From IMG/VR virus record IMGVR_UViG_3300045988_161200: 64,000 nucleotides of DNA. One strand, given 5' to 3'. The DNA is from a virus. This document shows positions 1-8,613 of the stretch, piece after piece. Each line of letters starts with the position of its first letter. Positions within the stretch are counted from its first letter, which is position 1. The notes beneath the pieces were generated by a model, which did no database searches, was not told the DNA's origin, and saw only the letters and a list, made by a program, of their open reading frames with translations. Made by a program: the position numbers and the translations under genes.

Positions 1-53
1 CTGTAATCTTCCAACAGCATAGGCAAGGTACTTTCAAGATACCTTTAGCACAA

Positions 54-124
54 CCAAAGAGATGGGATTCGAACCACATACCTACCGCTTTCGGCGGTTG
101 TTCTCACCACTGAACTACTCCTGC
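54..124 (-). tRNA. degenerate tRNA-like element (possible pseudo-tRNA)
   Basis: Reverse strand reads GCAGGAG-TA-GTTCAGTGGTGAGAAC...GGTTCGAATCC, a Gly-tRNA-like body. The anticodon arm is only 15 nt (ACCGC-CGAAA-GCGGT), the T stem has a bulge, and the top two acceptor pairs mismatch. Confidence 0.35.
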
Positions 125-323
125 ACGAACACCTCAGATTAAATCTATACCTACGTACACTCAATACGTAAGGTCTAAACCAAGTAACTGTGAGTCAGCA
201 TCCTGTGCCGTCCATACATTATTTTGTTTGGTTATGCTGCGGGCTCATTATTAGCACAAGTTCCTCTGCACTTCAACCACTCAGATAGCTATATCGCCAT
301 ACCGCAAGCTGATGTGGATTTAA

Positions 324-399
324 TGGTGAACCATACGGCACTCGAAGCCGTGACCCTCTGATTAAAAGTCAGATGCTCTGCCAACTGAGCTAATGGTTC
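324..399 (-). tRNA. tRNA-Lys (anticodon UUU)
   Basis: Reverse strand: GAACCAT-TA-GCTCAGTTGGCAGAGC-A-TCTGA-CTTTTAA-TCAGA-GGGTC-ACGGC-TTCGAGT-GCCGT-ATGGTTC-A-CCA. Full cloverleaf with encoded CCA. Confidence 0.9.
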
Positions 400-469
400 A
401 TATTCTCTGACTTTTTATACGGAAGTCAGAGAAACCGTAGGGAGGTTATACCAGAATAAAACTAACATT

Positions 470-543
470 TGGTTGGGACACTCTGATTTGAACAGAGGAT
501 CACGGAGTCAAATTCCGATGCCTTACCACTTGGCTATGCCCCA
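470..543 (-). tRNA. tRNA-Gln (anticodon UUG)
   Basis: Reverse strand: TGGGGCA-TA-GCCAAGTGGTAAGGC-A-TCGGA-ATTTGAC-TCCGT-GATC-CTCTG-TTCAAAT-CAGAG-TGTCCCA-A-CCA. Confidence 0.9.
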
Positions 544-597
544 ATATTTATTTTAATACTAAATCTTATTACTTACTTATCGTTTGACTACATATAT

Positions 598-626
598 ATT
601 ATACTCGATAATTTTATATTTGTCAA
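598..626 (-). promoter_or_regulatory. sigma-A-type promoter upstream of tRNA cluster
   Basis: Reverse strand has TTGACA (621-626), a 17-nt spacer and TATAAT (598-603). It is followed by TAAGTAAGTAATAAG and tRNA-Gln. Confidence 0.65.
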
Positions 627-710
627 GCAAATTTAAAGATTTTTATATCATTTTTTATATTTCACTTTTGTTTATGTATTGGAAGTAATTTCTCACTTCC
701 ACAATATTAA

Positions 711-1682
711 TTATAATTCTTTTTTAACTTGCTCCACGCTTTGCTTATATTCATTATACTCAGAAACAATTCTTTGAGCCGTAGATAATGAAACACCGGA
801 CAACTTTTTATAGGTTTCAGAGCCTTCCATACCAAAAAATAAATAGTCGTTCTCTTTTTCATACTGGCTCATTCTATAAAATATACCGGACTTAATTATT
901 GTCGGTTTATTCAGCCTTGAGTCTGATACTCTTCCTATTGCTAAATATCTAAAATTATTTAGAGATTTCTTACTCATTGTATTAAACAAATTATCATATG
1001 TCCAATCTTCACGCTTACGCTTATATCTACTCTTTTTATATGGTCGGTGTTTTTCTGATTCCTTAATATCCATAATGGACTGATAAGCTTCATTTAACAG
1101 TTCTTTTTCATCCTCTGAAATAGTGTATGTTTTGTCGCCAACTGTTATCTGTCCTGATGTAATAATAGTTATAACATCTTTTAAAGTCAATGACATCATT
1201 TCTTCATCGGACAAACCGTTCCAAACAAATACAATAAAGGCATTATATTTCTTTTGGTTAAGATACAAGGTATCAAGTTCTTGTTCACTTAATTCGTGTT
1301 CTTTAATCGAAGATTCCTCATCTTCAGCTTTTAGCAGTGCCTTTTTTAATTCAGTAAAATCAGAAAACAATATTTCATTTAAATTACTGTTACATATTTT
1401 TGTTGCCAGTTCTCGCAATCTGTTCAACTGATAATATATATCTGCGATAGACACATTATAAGTTCTATGAACCCACATTAAATAATCGTCAAAAGAACTA
1501 TAAAACGCATTTAACGTTGATGGTTTTGTATTTTTTGCGTCAATAATATCAACAATTTCTTCAGCTGACATATCAAAAACATTCTCTTTAATCACATTGA
1601 GCTTTCTCAATCTTAATACATATACTTTTAAACTCACTGATTTTTCACAACGATCGCAATATTCATCAAAATACGGAAGCAT
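711..1682 (-). CDS. hypothetical protein, possibly a degenerate tyrosine-recombinase-like DNA-binding protein
   Basis: 323-aa ORF. VWNGLSDEEMMSLTLKDV resembles the integrase G-L-R-x-x-E box but has S in place of the catalytic R. No HxxR or Y motif seen. Confidence 0.6.
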   Translation of the reverse strand: MLPYFDEYCDRCEKSVSLKVYVLRLRKLNVIKENVFDMSAEEIVDIIDAKNTKPSTLNAFYSSFDDYLMWVHRTYNVSIADIYYQLNRLRELATKICNSNLNEILFSDFTELKKALLKAEDEESSIKEHELSEQELDTLYLNQKKYNAFIVFVWNGLSDEEMMSLTLKDVITIITSGQITVGDKTYTISEDEKELLNEAYQSIMDIKESEKHRPYKKSRYKRKREDWTYDNLFNTMSKKSLNNFRYLAIGRVSDSRLNKPTIIKSGIFYRMSQYEKENDYLFFGMEGSETYKKLSGVSLSTAQRIVSEYNEYKQSVEQVKKEL

Positions 1683-1747
1683 ATCATCACCCTTTCATAC
1701 TCTCTAAAACAATTTTATCACTTCCTTTTGAATTTGTCAAGGCTTTT

Positions 1748-2158
1748 TTAGACAAGACAATGTTTATCGCTCAGTCCCAAACTTGCAACTATAGCCTTGT
1801 CGATACATCTCATCATTCTCTCGCCAAGTTTTCCACTCCAGCTGAGAATACGGGATTTATCAATGGTTCTTACCTGTTCCATCATTGTAATAGTGGACTT
1901 CTTTAGTCCTGTTCCTGTTTCGACAGATGGATTAACGTTGACATGAGTAACCATAGGCTTTTTATCCTTGCTTGTCATTATAGCAACGATAAGGCAGGGT
2001 GAATGTTGATTGCCTTTTTCATTCTGAATTACAACTGCGGGTCTTACACCACCCTGTTCAGACCCAACGGCATCTCCGAAATCGACCCAAACTATATCAC
2101 CTCTATGATATTCCATTGTTCTATCATAAATCCTTGACCACGAATTTGTTGCTGTCAT
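1748..2158 (-). CDS. mazF: MazF/PemK-family endoribonuclease toxin
   Basis: GDIVWVDFGDAVGSEQGGVRPAVVIQ...LIVAIMTS matches the PemK/MazF core. Start moved to M7, which has AAAGGAGA 7 nt upstream. Confidence 0.85.
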   Translation of the reverse strand: MTATNSWSRIYDRTMEYHRGDIVWVDFGDAVGSEQGGVRPAVVIQNEKGNQHSPCLIVAIMTSKDKKPMVTHVNVNPSVETGTGLKKSTITMMEQVRTIDKSRILSWSGKLGERMMRCIDKAIVASLGLSDKHCLV

Positions 2159-2261
2159 ATTATTATCTCCTTTCATTTAGTATAAGACTGAATTTTGCTC
2201 TACAAGTTTTATTATCTTTATTTTATCATTTACTTATTTCAAAATCAGTCTAAAAATATTT

Positions 2262-2789
2262 CTAAATTGTAAACTCTATCATTTCAGAGAAATTAATAAA
2301 TGGTAATATACCATCTTCTCTGATCTGACAATAGTCTGTACCCATTAATTCATCGGATATCACATCTCCTTTCAATTCATATTTTTCATTGACAATACCT
2401 CTGAGAATAGGCTTAAACCAATGTACAAAAGCTTCTCCAGGTTCACTGTCATATGTATCATTTACTATCATTATAGACTTATCATTTGCAGTTAATTCAA
2501 ACGTTACAAAATTTTCTTGTGCAAAAATACTTAAACTAACTGCTTTTACGATATTTAAATCTGGGTGAGCTATTGTAGCTGTTATCTGTTTTATTTTATT
2601 AACGTCAAAATAGGAGTTAAACAAAATGCTTCCATTATTAAAGTATTCTGTTAATTGAGATTTTATACCTTCTATACTCATTTTCATCAATCCTTTCGTG
2701 TCATTTACAAAATCTTCGTCTGAATTGCCACACAATTCCCTTATATACGGACTTGCCGTATAGGAACGAGAAAACATTCCCATTGGCAT
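2262..2789 (-). CDS. hypothetical protein (immediately upstream of MazF)
   Basis: 175-aa ORF. An alternative internal start at 2681 has GAAAGGA upstream. No recognisable motif. Confidence 0.6.
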   Translation of the reverse strand: MPMGMFSRSYTASPYIRELCGNSDEDFVNDTKGLMKMSIEGIKSQLTEYFNNGSILFNSYFDVNKIKQITATIAHPDLNIVKAVSLSIFAQENFVTFELTANDKSIMIVNDTYDSEPGEAFVHWFKPILRGIVNEKYELKGDVISDELMGTDYCQIREDGILPFINFSEMIEFTI

Positions 2790-2881
2790 TTATCCATATT
2801 TGATGACTTCCGCTGCCGTTTCGGAGAAATGTGAAGCCATTATCCGTTAGCATTGTAAGAAACTTCCTTATATCCATAGTA

Positions 2882-3262
2882 TTACCTCAGATGCAGAATA
2901 TCTGTTACTTCTTTAAAGGTTATTTCTCTATATGTATTGCCCCTGACATCAATTTCAAAACAAATACAAGGAACTTTTTTAGCATAACAAATCTTAAAAA
3001 TTATCATTTCAGGGTCTGGTTCTTGACAAGCAGGTTCACCTTCGGATTTATATGCAAAGTTACTTTCATAACAAGCCAAAATTGTCCTGCCATAATTCTT
3101 TGCCTTGCTATGTTTATCTATCGAGTCAAGTTCATCATTAAGCCTAATAAGTCTTTCGAGCTTATCTCTCTCACTGAGCAGATACTTTTCGTCTGCTTTT
3201 ACCTTCCCATCATATCCGAGAAACTGAGCGTATTTGTTGAGTATTTCATCATACATATTCAT
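2882..3262 (-). CDS. hypothetical protein
   Basis: ORF track. Start moved to the ATG preceded by GGAGGAAAATCAA. Confidence 0.6.
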   Translation of the reverse strand: MNMYDEILNKYAQFLGYDGKVKADEKYLLSERDKLERLIRLNDELDSIDKHSKAKNYGRTILACYESNFAYKSEGEPACQEPDPEMIIFKICYAKKVPCICFEIDVRGNTYREITFKEVTDILHLR

Positions 3263-3276
3263 TTGATTTTCCTCCA

Positions 3277-3708
3277 TTATTTTAATAATTCTGGTGCAAT
3301 TTTTATACCGCATTGTTCAACCTCTTTTATTTTAAACCTTGCAGTCCTTATTCTTTCTACATCATACGCCGTAAGTGCGTGACCCCAAAATTCTTCAAGT
3401 TTTCTATTCAAGACTTTATCGTTTTCAATAACAGTGTATTTATCCCTATATTTTTTATCAAACCTTTTTATCTTTAAATATGGGACATAATAAGTAGTCT
3501 TATTTATCCTATCATATCGCAAATAGCAATACAAAGGAGAGGTAAAGATTTTCTTAATTTTGTACATGACTGTACGAATTGCATTGTAAATAAAAAATAT
3601 TACAAAAGCAAAAATTTGAAACAATAAATCTTCCTCATTCTTCAGCACTATAACGTTTATGATGCTGTTTAAAACAGTACCAATAATAATACCTATTACA
3701 ATTTCCAT
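3277..3708 (-). CDS. hypothetical membrane protein
   Basis: Start at MEIVIGIIIGTVLNSIINVIVL (transmembrane segment), 13 nt after the upstream stop codon. Confidence 0.6.
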   Translation of the reverse strand: MEIVIGIIIGTVLNSIINVIVLKNEEDLLFQIFAFVIFFIYNAIRTVMYKIKKIFTSPLYCYLRYDRINKTTYYVPYLKIKRFDKKYRDKYTVIENDKVLNRKLEEFWGHALTAYDVERIRTARFKIKEVEQCGIKIAPELLK

Positions 3709-3718
3709 ACATACATCC

Positions 3719-3979
3719 CTATTCCATTGAAATTGTTGTTTGTGTACGGTCGGCAAGAGTGTCTATAACAATATTTCCACAAACAGTAGGAAATACGGCT
3801 GTTACTCTCTCACCGTTCTTCGCCTGCTCATAATGTCCAGCTGCATTTTCAGCCCACATACCCGTGATATGAGCATATAAAGCTATTGCAACATCTTTTG
3901 CAAGTATAGGATTTTCTTTCTGCTTTGTCTTGAGGTCATCGCTGACCTTGTATTTACCTATCTGCAACACCATTATCAA
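3719..3979 (-). CDS. hypothetical protein
   Basis: 86-aa ORF with a 4-nt ATGA overlap with the upstream gene. Confidence 0.6.
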   Translation of the reverse strand: MIMVLQIGKYKVSDDLKTKQKENPILAKDVAIALYAHITGMWAENAAGHYEQAKNGERVTAVFPTVCGNIVIDTLADRTQTTISME

Positions 3980-4530
3980 TCCTTTCTTATTACTGGAAAT
4001 TTACCCTGATATCTTATAAATTTGAGAGCCAAATATCTTGTATATCCGTCTATAAGCGTATTATTTTTAGATATCGTTATTGGCTTTGTATCAAGATATT
4101 CTGAAATAGTATTAGTTCTCAATGCTTCTTTCATATTCGTAATTGTGTTATGTAACTTTTCTTCTTTTGGTGGACTTTTCTTAAATGAGGACGGAATTAT
4201 TATTTCAGAAAGAGTTACCCATTCCGTACTATCCGACAATTCAGCATAAAATTTATCTCTGGTGGCAGAATTTACTAAAACCGCATCTATAGTCTTTATG
4301 CCATCTCTGATTGCAATAGTATAGTCTTTCCAACCCGTGATAAGGTTATAAGTACAGTCCTTATTATCATGTAATATTACCAACAGTTTATTTTTGTCTT
4401 TGTTAAGACTGGGTATCTGGGAGAGGTCACTACTATAATGAACCTTTTCTATCATTCTTATCATTGATACCGGTATCTTTCTTATTTTTCCACTTTTCCG
4501 AGCCAATGCTCTAAATTCTTTAACGGTCAT
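3976..4530 (-). CDS. ParB/Srx-fold (ParB N-terminal-like) protein
   Basis: YNLITGWKDYTIAIRDGIKTIDAVLV and a second NTLIDGYTRYLALKFI segment both resemble the ParB-N xxDGhhRxxA core. Confidence 0.6.
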   Translation of the reverse strand: MTVKEFRALARKSGKIRKIPVSMIRMIEKVHYSSDLSQIPSLNKDKNKLLVILHDNKDCTYNLITGWKDYTIAIRDGIKTIDAVLVNSATRDKFYAELSDSTEWVTLSEIIIPSSFKKSPPKEEKLHNTITNMKEALRTNTISEYLDTKPITISKNNTLIDGYTRYLALKFIRYQGKFPVIRKD

Positions 4531-4544
4531 TTATATCATTCCTT

Positions 4545-5387
4545 TCAAATCTTATATCCTGATAATTTTGTAAACTCCTCCAACCCTATATTAAGGTCGA
4601 GCCATTTCTGACGTAATTTTACAGGGTTTACAGTCATATAATGGTTTATTGTAGTATCGACATCTGCGTGAGCTACAGCTACACAAGCAACCATAGCATT
4701 CCTGTTATCGTTCCAATTTCGTGAAATGAACTCACAAAATGTCTTTCTCATAGCATGAGAACTATAATGACCCATTATGCCAAGTTTTTGAGTTATCGTT
4801 TTTAGCCAGCGTCCCACTGATTGAACAGTCATTGGAGCAAGTTCTCGCTCCTTTCCGTTCTCGTCATATTTTTCGCCTGTTGTTTTTACATCAATAATTC
4901 CTCCACATTCATCGTAAATGAACTCAGAAAAATATGCTTTGCGGTTTCCATCTCCACTGAACAAATAATCCTCTACTTTTAAAGATTTAAAATCAATAAG
5001 AAATCTGAGGGCGGTTTTAACAGCTTTATTGAAGTATACAGGTCTCGCTTTGCTTGTTTTTTGTTCAGCGATATACTTAACATCAAGAATGTTTCCATTT
5101 TCATCTGTTACATCTTTTACTTTAAACGAAAGAATATCACCACAGCGATAGCCTGTGTTTATTCCGAAGATGAACATTACCATTTTATGATATGCTCTTT
5201 CTTTGAAACACTGACGAATAACAGCGTTGATATCATTTTCGCACATAAACGCATCGGCAGAATGATTAGTAGGAGCTTCCACCTCAGTAACAACAACTTG
5301 TCTCTGAGATATCTTACGTCTGCTTTTTCTGCCCGACATATCAATGATATTAGCTGTTGTTGAATTATAAGCTATCGCTGCGTTCAT
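4545..5387 (-). CDS. tyrosine recombinase (phage integrase family)
   Basis: GYRCGDIL (R), SHAMRKTF (HxxR) and AHADVDTTINHYM (H...Y). Confidence 0.85.
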   Translation of the reverse strand: MNAAIAYNSTTANIIDMSGRKSRRKISQRQVVVTEVEAPTNHSADAFMCENDINAVIRQCFKERAYHKMVMFIFGINTGYRCGDILSFKVKDVTDENGNILDVKYIAEQKTSKARPVYFNKAVKTALRFLIDFKSLKVEDYLFSGDGNRKAYFSEFIYDECGGIIDVKTTGEKYDENGKERELAPMTVQSVGRWLKTITQKLGIMGHYSSHAMRKTFCEFISRNWNDNRNAMVACVAVAHADVDTTINHYMTVNPVKLRQKWLDLNIGLEEFTKLSGYKI

Positions 5388-5427
5388 AGTGATTATCCTT
5401 TCATTTAGAAGTATTATACTTATGCAA

Positions 5428-6210
5428 TCAAACTCCGTATATCGGCTTTATCTTACCACGCTTGGACACCTCATTATACTTGTCTCTAAGAGTTTCCGTC
5501 CAGTTAATAGGATAGGACATTTTGAGGTTCTTGGCTGTATTTGTAAGCATCTGAGGTGTATATTTTGCAAGAGCATTGACAAGCCTTGATGTGACGATAT
5601 TATTTCCGTAAAGTTTGAGAAACTCTGTTGTTCCTGCTATGATATCGCCCTGCAAACTGGATTCTCTTCCGTTATACGCTTCAATAAGACACTTTATGGC
5701 AAGAATAGTATCATCAGAATCCTTCTTATATAGCATTTCCACCTTTTTAACAGCATTGATTCTCATTCCGGTAGTGGTCTTTTTATCATAAGGTAATCTA
5801 CCACCAACACGAGAAACTTTTAATGCAAGCTCGCAAGGAAGTTCTCTGCCGGCTTCATAAGAAGCAAGTGTCATTTCATTAAATGTATGCCGATGTTTCT
5901 TTTCATACTGGTCAACATAATAATCAGCTTCATCAGTATAGGTCATTCCCTTATGTACAATACACTGAATATCCACAGGCTTATTTTCGTTAACAGCTTC
6001 GAGAATAATGACTGTATGCTGTCCATCAATTACGTAATACTTTCCGTCTCGATAAGAAACGTGAACAGGGTCAACCTTATTAGGATTGAAATCCTTAACA
6101 CATTTAGCAATAAATTTCATATTAATTTTACGCTGATATGGCTGTTTGCTTTTAAGCTGAGATGAGTTGATCGTTCTTGTTGTCCAACTGGGCTGTGCTG
6201 AAAATTCCAT
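5428..6210 (-). CDS. ParB/DGQHR-like domain protein
   Basis: GKYYVIDGQHTVIILEAV resembles the DGQHR/ParB-N motif. GGAGG lies 9 nt upstream of the ATG. Confidence 0.65.
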   Translation of the reverse strand: MEFSAQPSWTTRTINSSQLKSKQPYQRKINMKFIAKCVKDFNPNKVDPVHVSYRDGKYYVIDGQHTVIILEAVNENKPVDIQCIVHKGMTYTDEADYYVDQYEKKHRHTFNEMTLASYEAGRELPCELALKVSRVGGRLPYDKKTTTGMRINAVKKVEMLYKKDSDDTILAIKCLIEAYNGRESSLQGDIIAGTTEFLKLYGNNIVTSRLVNALAKYTPQMLTNTAKNLKMSYPINWTETLRDKYNEVSKRGKIKPIYGV

Positions 6211-6214
6211 AATT

Positions 6215-6946
6215 TTATTCCTCCATTATTATATTAGATTTTTCTATAATTGCTTCTTTTAAGGAAGTTATTGTATTTACCACTGTACTTAATGTAAGTG
6301 TTATATCAGCTATGGCTTCTTTTTTGGTATATTGCTTATCAGAAACTCTATCCACCATTTCAATATAATCTTTAAGAGATTCGATGTAATTTTTAGTTTC
6401 TGATTTGAACATACTTGTTATCATTGCAAACGTAAGAGATTCTTCCGAATCGTCCTTCATTCGCTTGGCTCTATCCAACATTGTATCTGTTGCTTTAGTA
6501 CCCACGATAACAACATTCCCTTTGCGTTTATAAAGTCCCGTTGAACTTATTTCGTTGTCGAGATAAAGTGTTTTATCTTCGTCACTACAATAATTTAAAG
6601 CGGAAATTACTTTTGTAGCTTGAGATGTTGAATTTTCCGATAAAACTTTATTGACGCACTTATCATTTATTTCACTTTTGATAAGCTTATCATAACAAGA
6701 TAGGACACATTTACAATCTCTTGCAGTTCTGTCAGGCTGACCTAAAGCTTTGCTCACTTCCCTGTAGGACGTTTCCATCTTCATTGACCTCGGATTCAAT
6801 TCCACTTGGCGAGTTGCCAGCTCCACTATCCTCTGACACAATTTCAGTGTCAAACACGTCTGAGATAATGTCTGTTTCAGTTCCATTATCTCCGTTGTCA
6901 ATATTTCCTGCTGATCCGCTTTCGTCAGTGCCGTTTTCTTTGCCAT
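6215..6946 (-). CDS. hypothetical protein
   Basis: 243-aa ORF with GAGGGTGAAATAA-ATG RBS. Its first 215 nt overlap the 3' end of the upstream DUF262 ORF in another frame. Confidence 0.6.
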   Translation of the reverse strand: MAKKTALTKADQQEILTTEIMELKQTLSQTCLTLKLCQRIVELATRQVELNPRSMKMETSYREVSKALGQPDRTARDCKCVLSCYDKLIKSEINDKCVNKVLSENSTSQATKVISALNYCSDEDKTLYLDNEISSTGLYKRKGNVVIVGTKATDTMLDRAKRMKDDSEESLTFAMITSMFKSETKNYIESLKDYIEMVDRVSDKQYTKKEAIADITLTLSTVVNTITSLKEAIIEKSNIIMEE

Positions 6947-8090
6947 TTATTTCACCCTCATTCTCATCAAGATATTCGTCCATATAATCATCTATAGCAT
7001 ACTGTCTATCTTCTACCATTTCAGCAGAATACAGAGAGCTTCCGCTACCATTGGATTCACAGCTTGATGTAAGCAGTTCAAAATTATCACTGCTCCAGAA
7101 TTTATTGAGAAAGTTTCTGTAATCAGTAGCTGTTTTATTCTTTCTCTTAAACGAATTAAGACTCATTATATAATGTGGAATAGTTACAGAATCTAATCTT
7201 GCAGATTCTTCTTCCGACAGATTCATTTTAATTTCTGCAAGTTCCTCTACGAGCATAGATAGATTAGCGATATCCGATGCTTTTACATAATCATCAAAAT
7301 CATCTACAAACTTAGTCATCGTTGCAGAGCCAAGATTATTATAATTGTAAAATGTCATCATCATAAGAGTTCTTACTATACAACAAAGGATACTGTCATT
7401 TTTTGCCTTGCAACCATTAACATCTTCCCAAAGTATGCTATCACAAATTGGCTGTAAAGAACGCATAACGCCTGAACCAAGAGCAAAACGTATTTTCTGA
7501 TAAGCATTTGGGGACTTTCCGTTATTCATACAGAATACAATGTCGTCCAATTCTTCATCAGAAAAGCCCTCGTGCATATATGTAGTAAGGCTATATTTAT
7601 TAAAAAATGTCTTTATCGCATCGGAGAGCTGAGAATATTTTTTCCCTGCAATGTCAATTTCGACCTTTTGTTCATTGCCATTTTCATCAACACATCTACA
7701 CACAACAGGCAATGCTCTTTTATCCAAAGCAAACTTATCGTGATAAAAGTCTACAAGTGTTGTGGTTCTCTGCAATCCATCTACGAGAGATGTGATTGAA
7801 TAACTTTTACTCTCAGCTCTGCCCTTGGCAAGTGCTATACTTCCGATAGGTCTATTATGTAAAACAGCTTCAATTAACTTAGACTTCTGCTTTTTTGTCC
7901 ACTGGTCATCTGTGCGCTGAATAAGTGGATCACGGCAGATTTCTCCATCGTCAACTTCTTCAACATACATTTTTACTGAATAAGGAATCATCCGCACATC
8001 TGATTCTTCTCTTACACGCTCTGCAATGGTATAAGCAGTTCCATTGAGTTCAATAGAATTGTAATCTTTTTTCTTTGTTGTCTTTGTCAT
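6732..8090 (-). CDS. DUF262 (ParB-fold, GmrSD N-terminal-like) protein with acidic low-complexity tail
   Basis: IEAVLHNRPIGSIALA...SLVDGLQRTTTL matches the DUF262 DGQQR-type motif. The C-terminus is rich in D, E, N, G and S. Confidence 0.75.
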   Translation of the reverse strand: MTKTTKKKDYNSIELNGTAYTIAERVREESDVRMIPYSVKMYVEEVDDGEICRDPLIQRTDDQWTKKQKSKLIEAVLHNRPIGSIALAKGRAESKSYSITSLVDGLQRTTTLVDFYHDKFALDKRALPVVCRCVDENGNEQKVEIDIAGKKYSQLSDAIKTFFNKYSLTTYMHEGFSDEELDDIVFCMNNGKSPNAYQKIRFALGSGVMRSLQPICDSILWEDVNGCKAKNDSILCCIVRTLMMMTFYNYNNLGSATMTKFVDDFDDYVKASDIANLSMLVEELAEIKMNLSEEESARLDSVTIPHYIMSLNSFKRKNKTATDYRNFLNKFWSSDNFELLTSSCESNGSGSSLYSAEMVEDRQYAIDDYMDEYLDENEGEINGKENGTDESGSAGNIDNGDNGTETDIISDVFDTEIVSEDSGAGNSPSGIESEVNEDGNVLQGSEQSFRSA

Positions 8091-8121
8091 ATGTATATCC
8101 TCCTTTGAATTTTTACTTACT

Positions 8122-8153
8122 TATATAATAACATATTTTCTGAAAGGTGCTTG
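8122..8153 (-). promoter_or_regulatory. leftward extended -10 promoter for the 8090-711 operon
   Basis: Reverse strand has ATATGTTATTATATAAG (TGnTATTAT), the same 17-mer found in the rightward promoters at 8169 and 9674. The -35 is weak. Confidence 0.45.
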
Positions 8154-8179
8154 ACAAATCTCAGAACATATGTTATTAT
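8151..8179 (+). promoter_or_regulatory. sigma-A-type promoter
   Basis: TTGACA (8151-8156), 17-nt spacer, TATTAT (8174-8179) with TG at -15/-14. Confidence 0.65.
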
Positions 8180-8330
8180 ATAAGACTAAGGTTTGAATCC
8201 TTTATGATTTGACCTTGATATAAGTATATCACTTATAATAGAGCTTGTCAACACAAGATAGAACTAAATAATATACAAATATTTCTTTTTATAATTGTTT
8301 ATATTACACATATTGATTGGAGATGCTTAT

Positions 8331-8546
8331 ATGAACATATTCGGACGAATTGTAAAACAATATCTTCTTGATAATGATATAAAACAACAAGAGATAGTTG
8401 ACAAAATGAATGTTGCTAAAAATACTGTAAGTCAATCACTTAATCGCCCCAATGTCACTCTTGATACAATGCTTAAAATTGCCGAGGCTCTGGACTGTGA
8501 CCTTGAGATTAAGCTTGTTCCAAAATCCAATTCTCAACACAATTAA
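8331..8546 (+). CDS. XRE/Cro-type helix-turn-helix regulator
   Basis: IKQQEIVDKMNVAKNTVSQSLN...LDTMLKIAEAL. GGAGA lies 8 nt upstream of the ATG. Confidence 0.75.
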   Translation: MNIFGRIVKQYLLDNDIKQQEIVDKMNVAKNTVSQSLNRPNVTLDTMLKIAEALDCDLEIKLVPKSNSQHN

Positions 8547-8563
8547 CAAAATAATACAATAAA

Positions 8564-8613
8564 AATAGTGCGGTCTGACAATTTTTTCTATCAAACCGCA
8601 CTATTTTCTTTTT
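8564..8613 (+). terminator. intrinsic terminator
   Basis: AATAGTGCGGT...ACCGCACTATT 11-bp stem followed by TTTTCTTTTT. Confidence 0.75.

Noticed and set aside
1-50. 5' part of a tRNA-Ser (UGA) at the window edge
   Set aside because: The anticodon hairpin is perfect, but only about 16 nt separate it from the preceding tRNA-like T arm. That is too few for an acceptor plus a D arm, and the rest lies outside the window.
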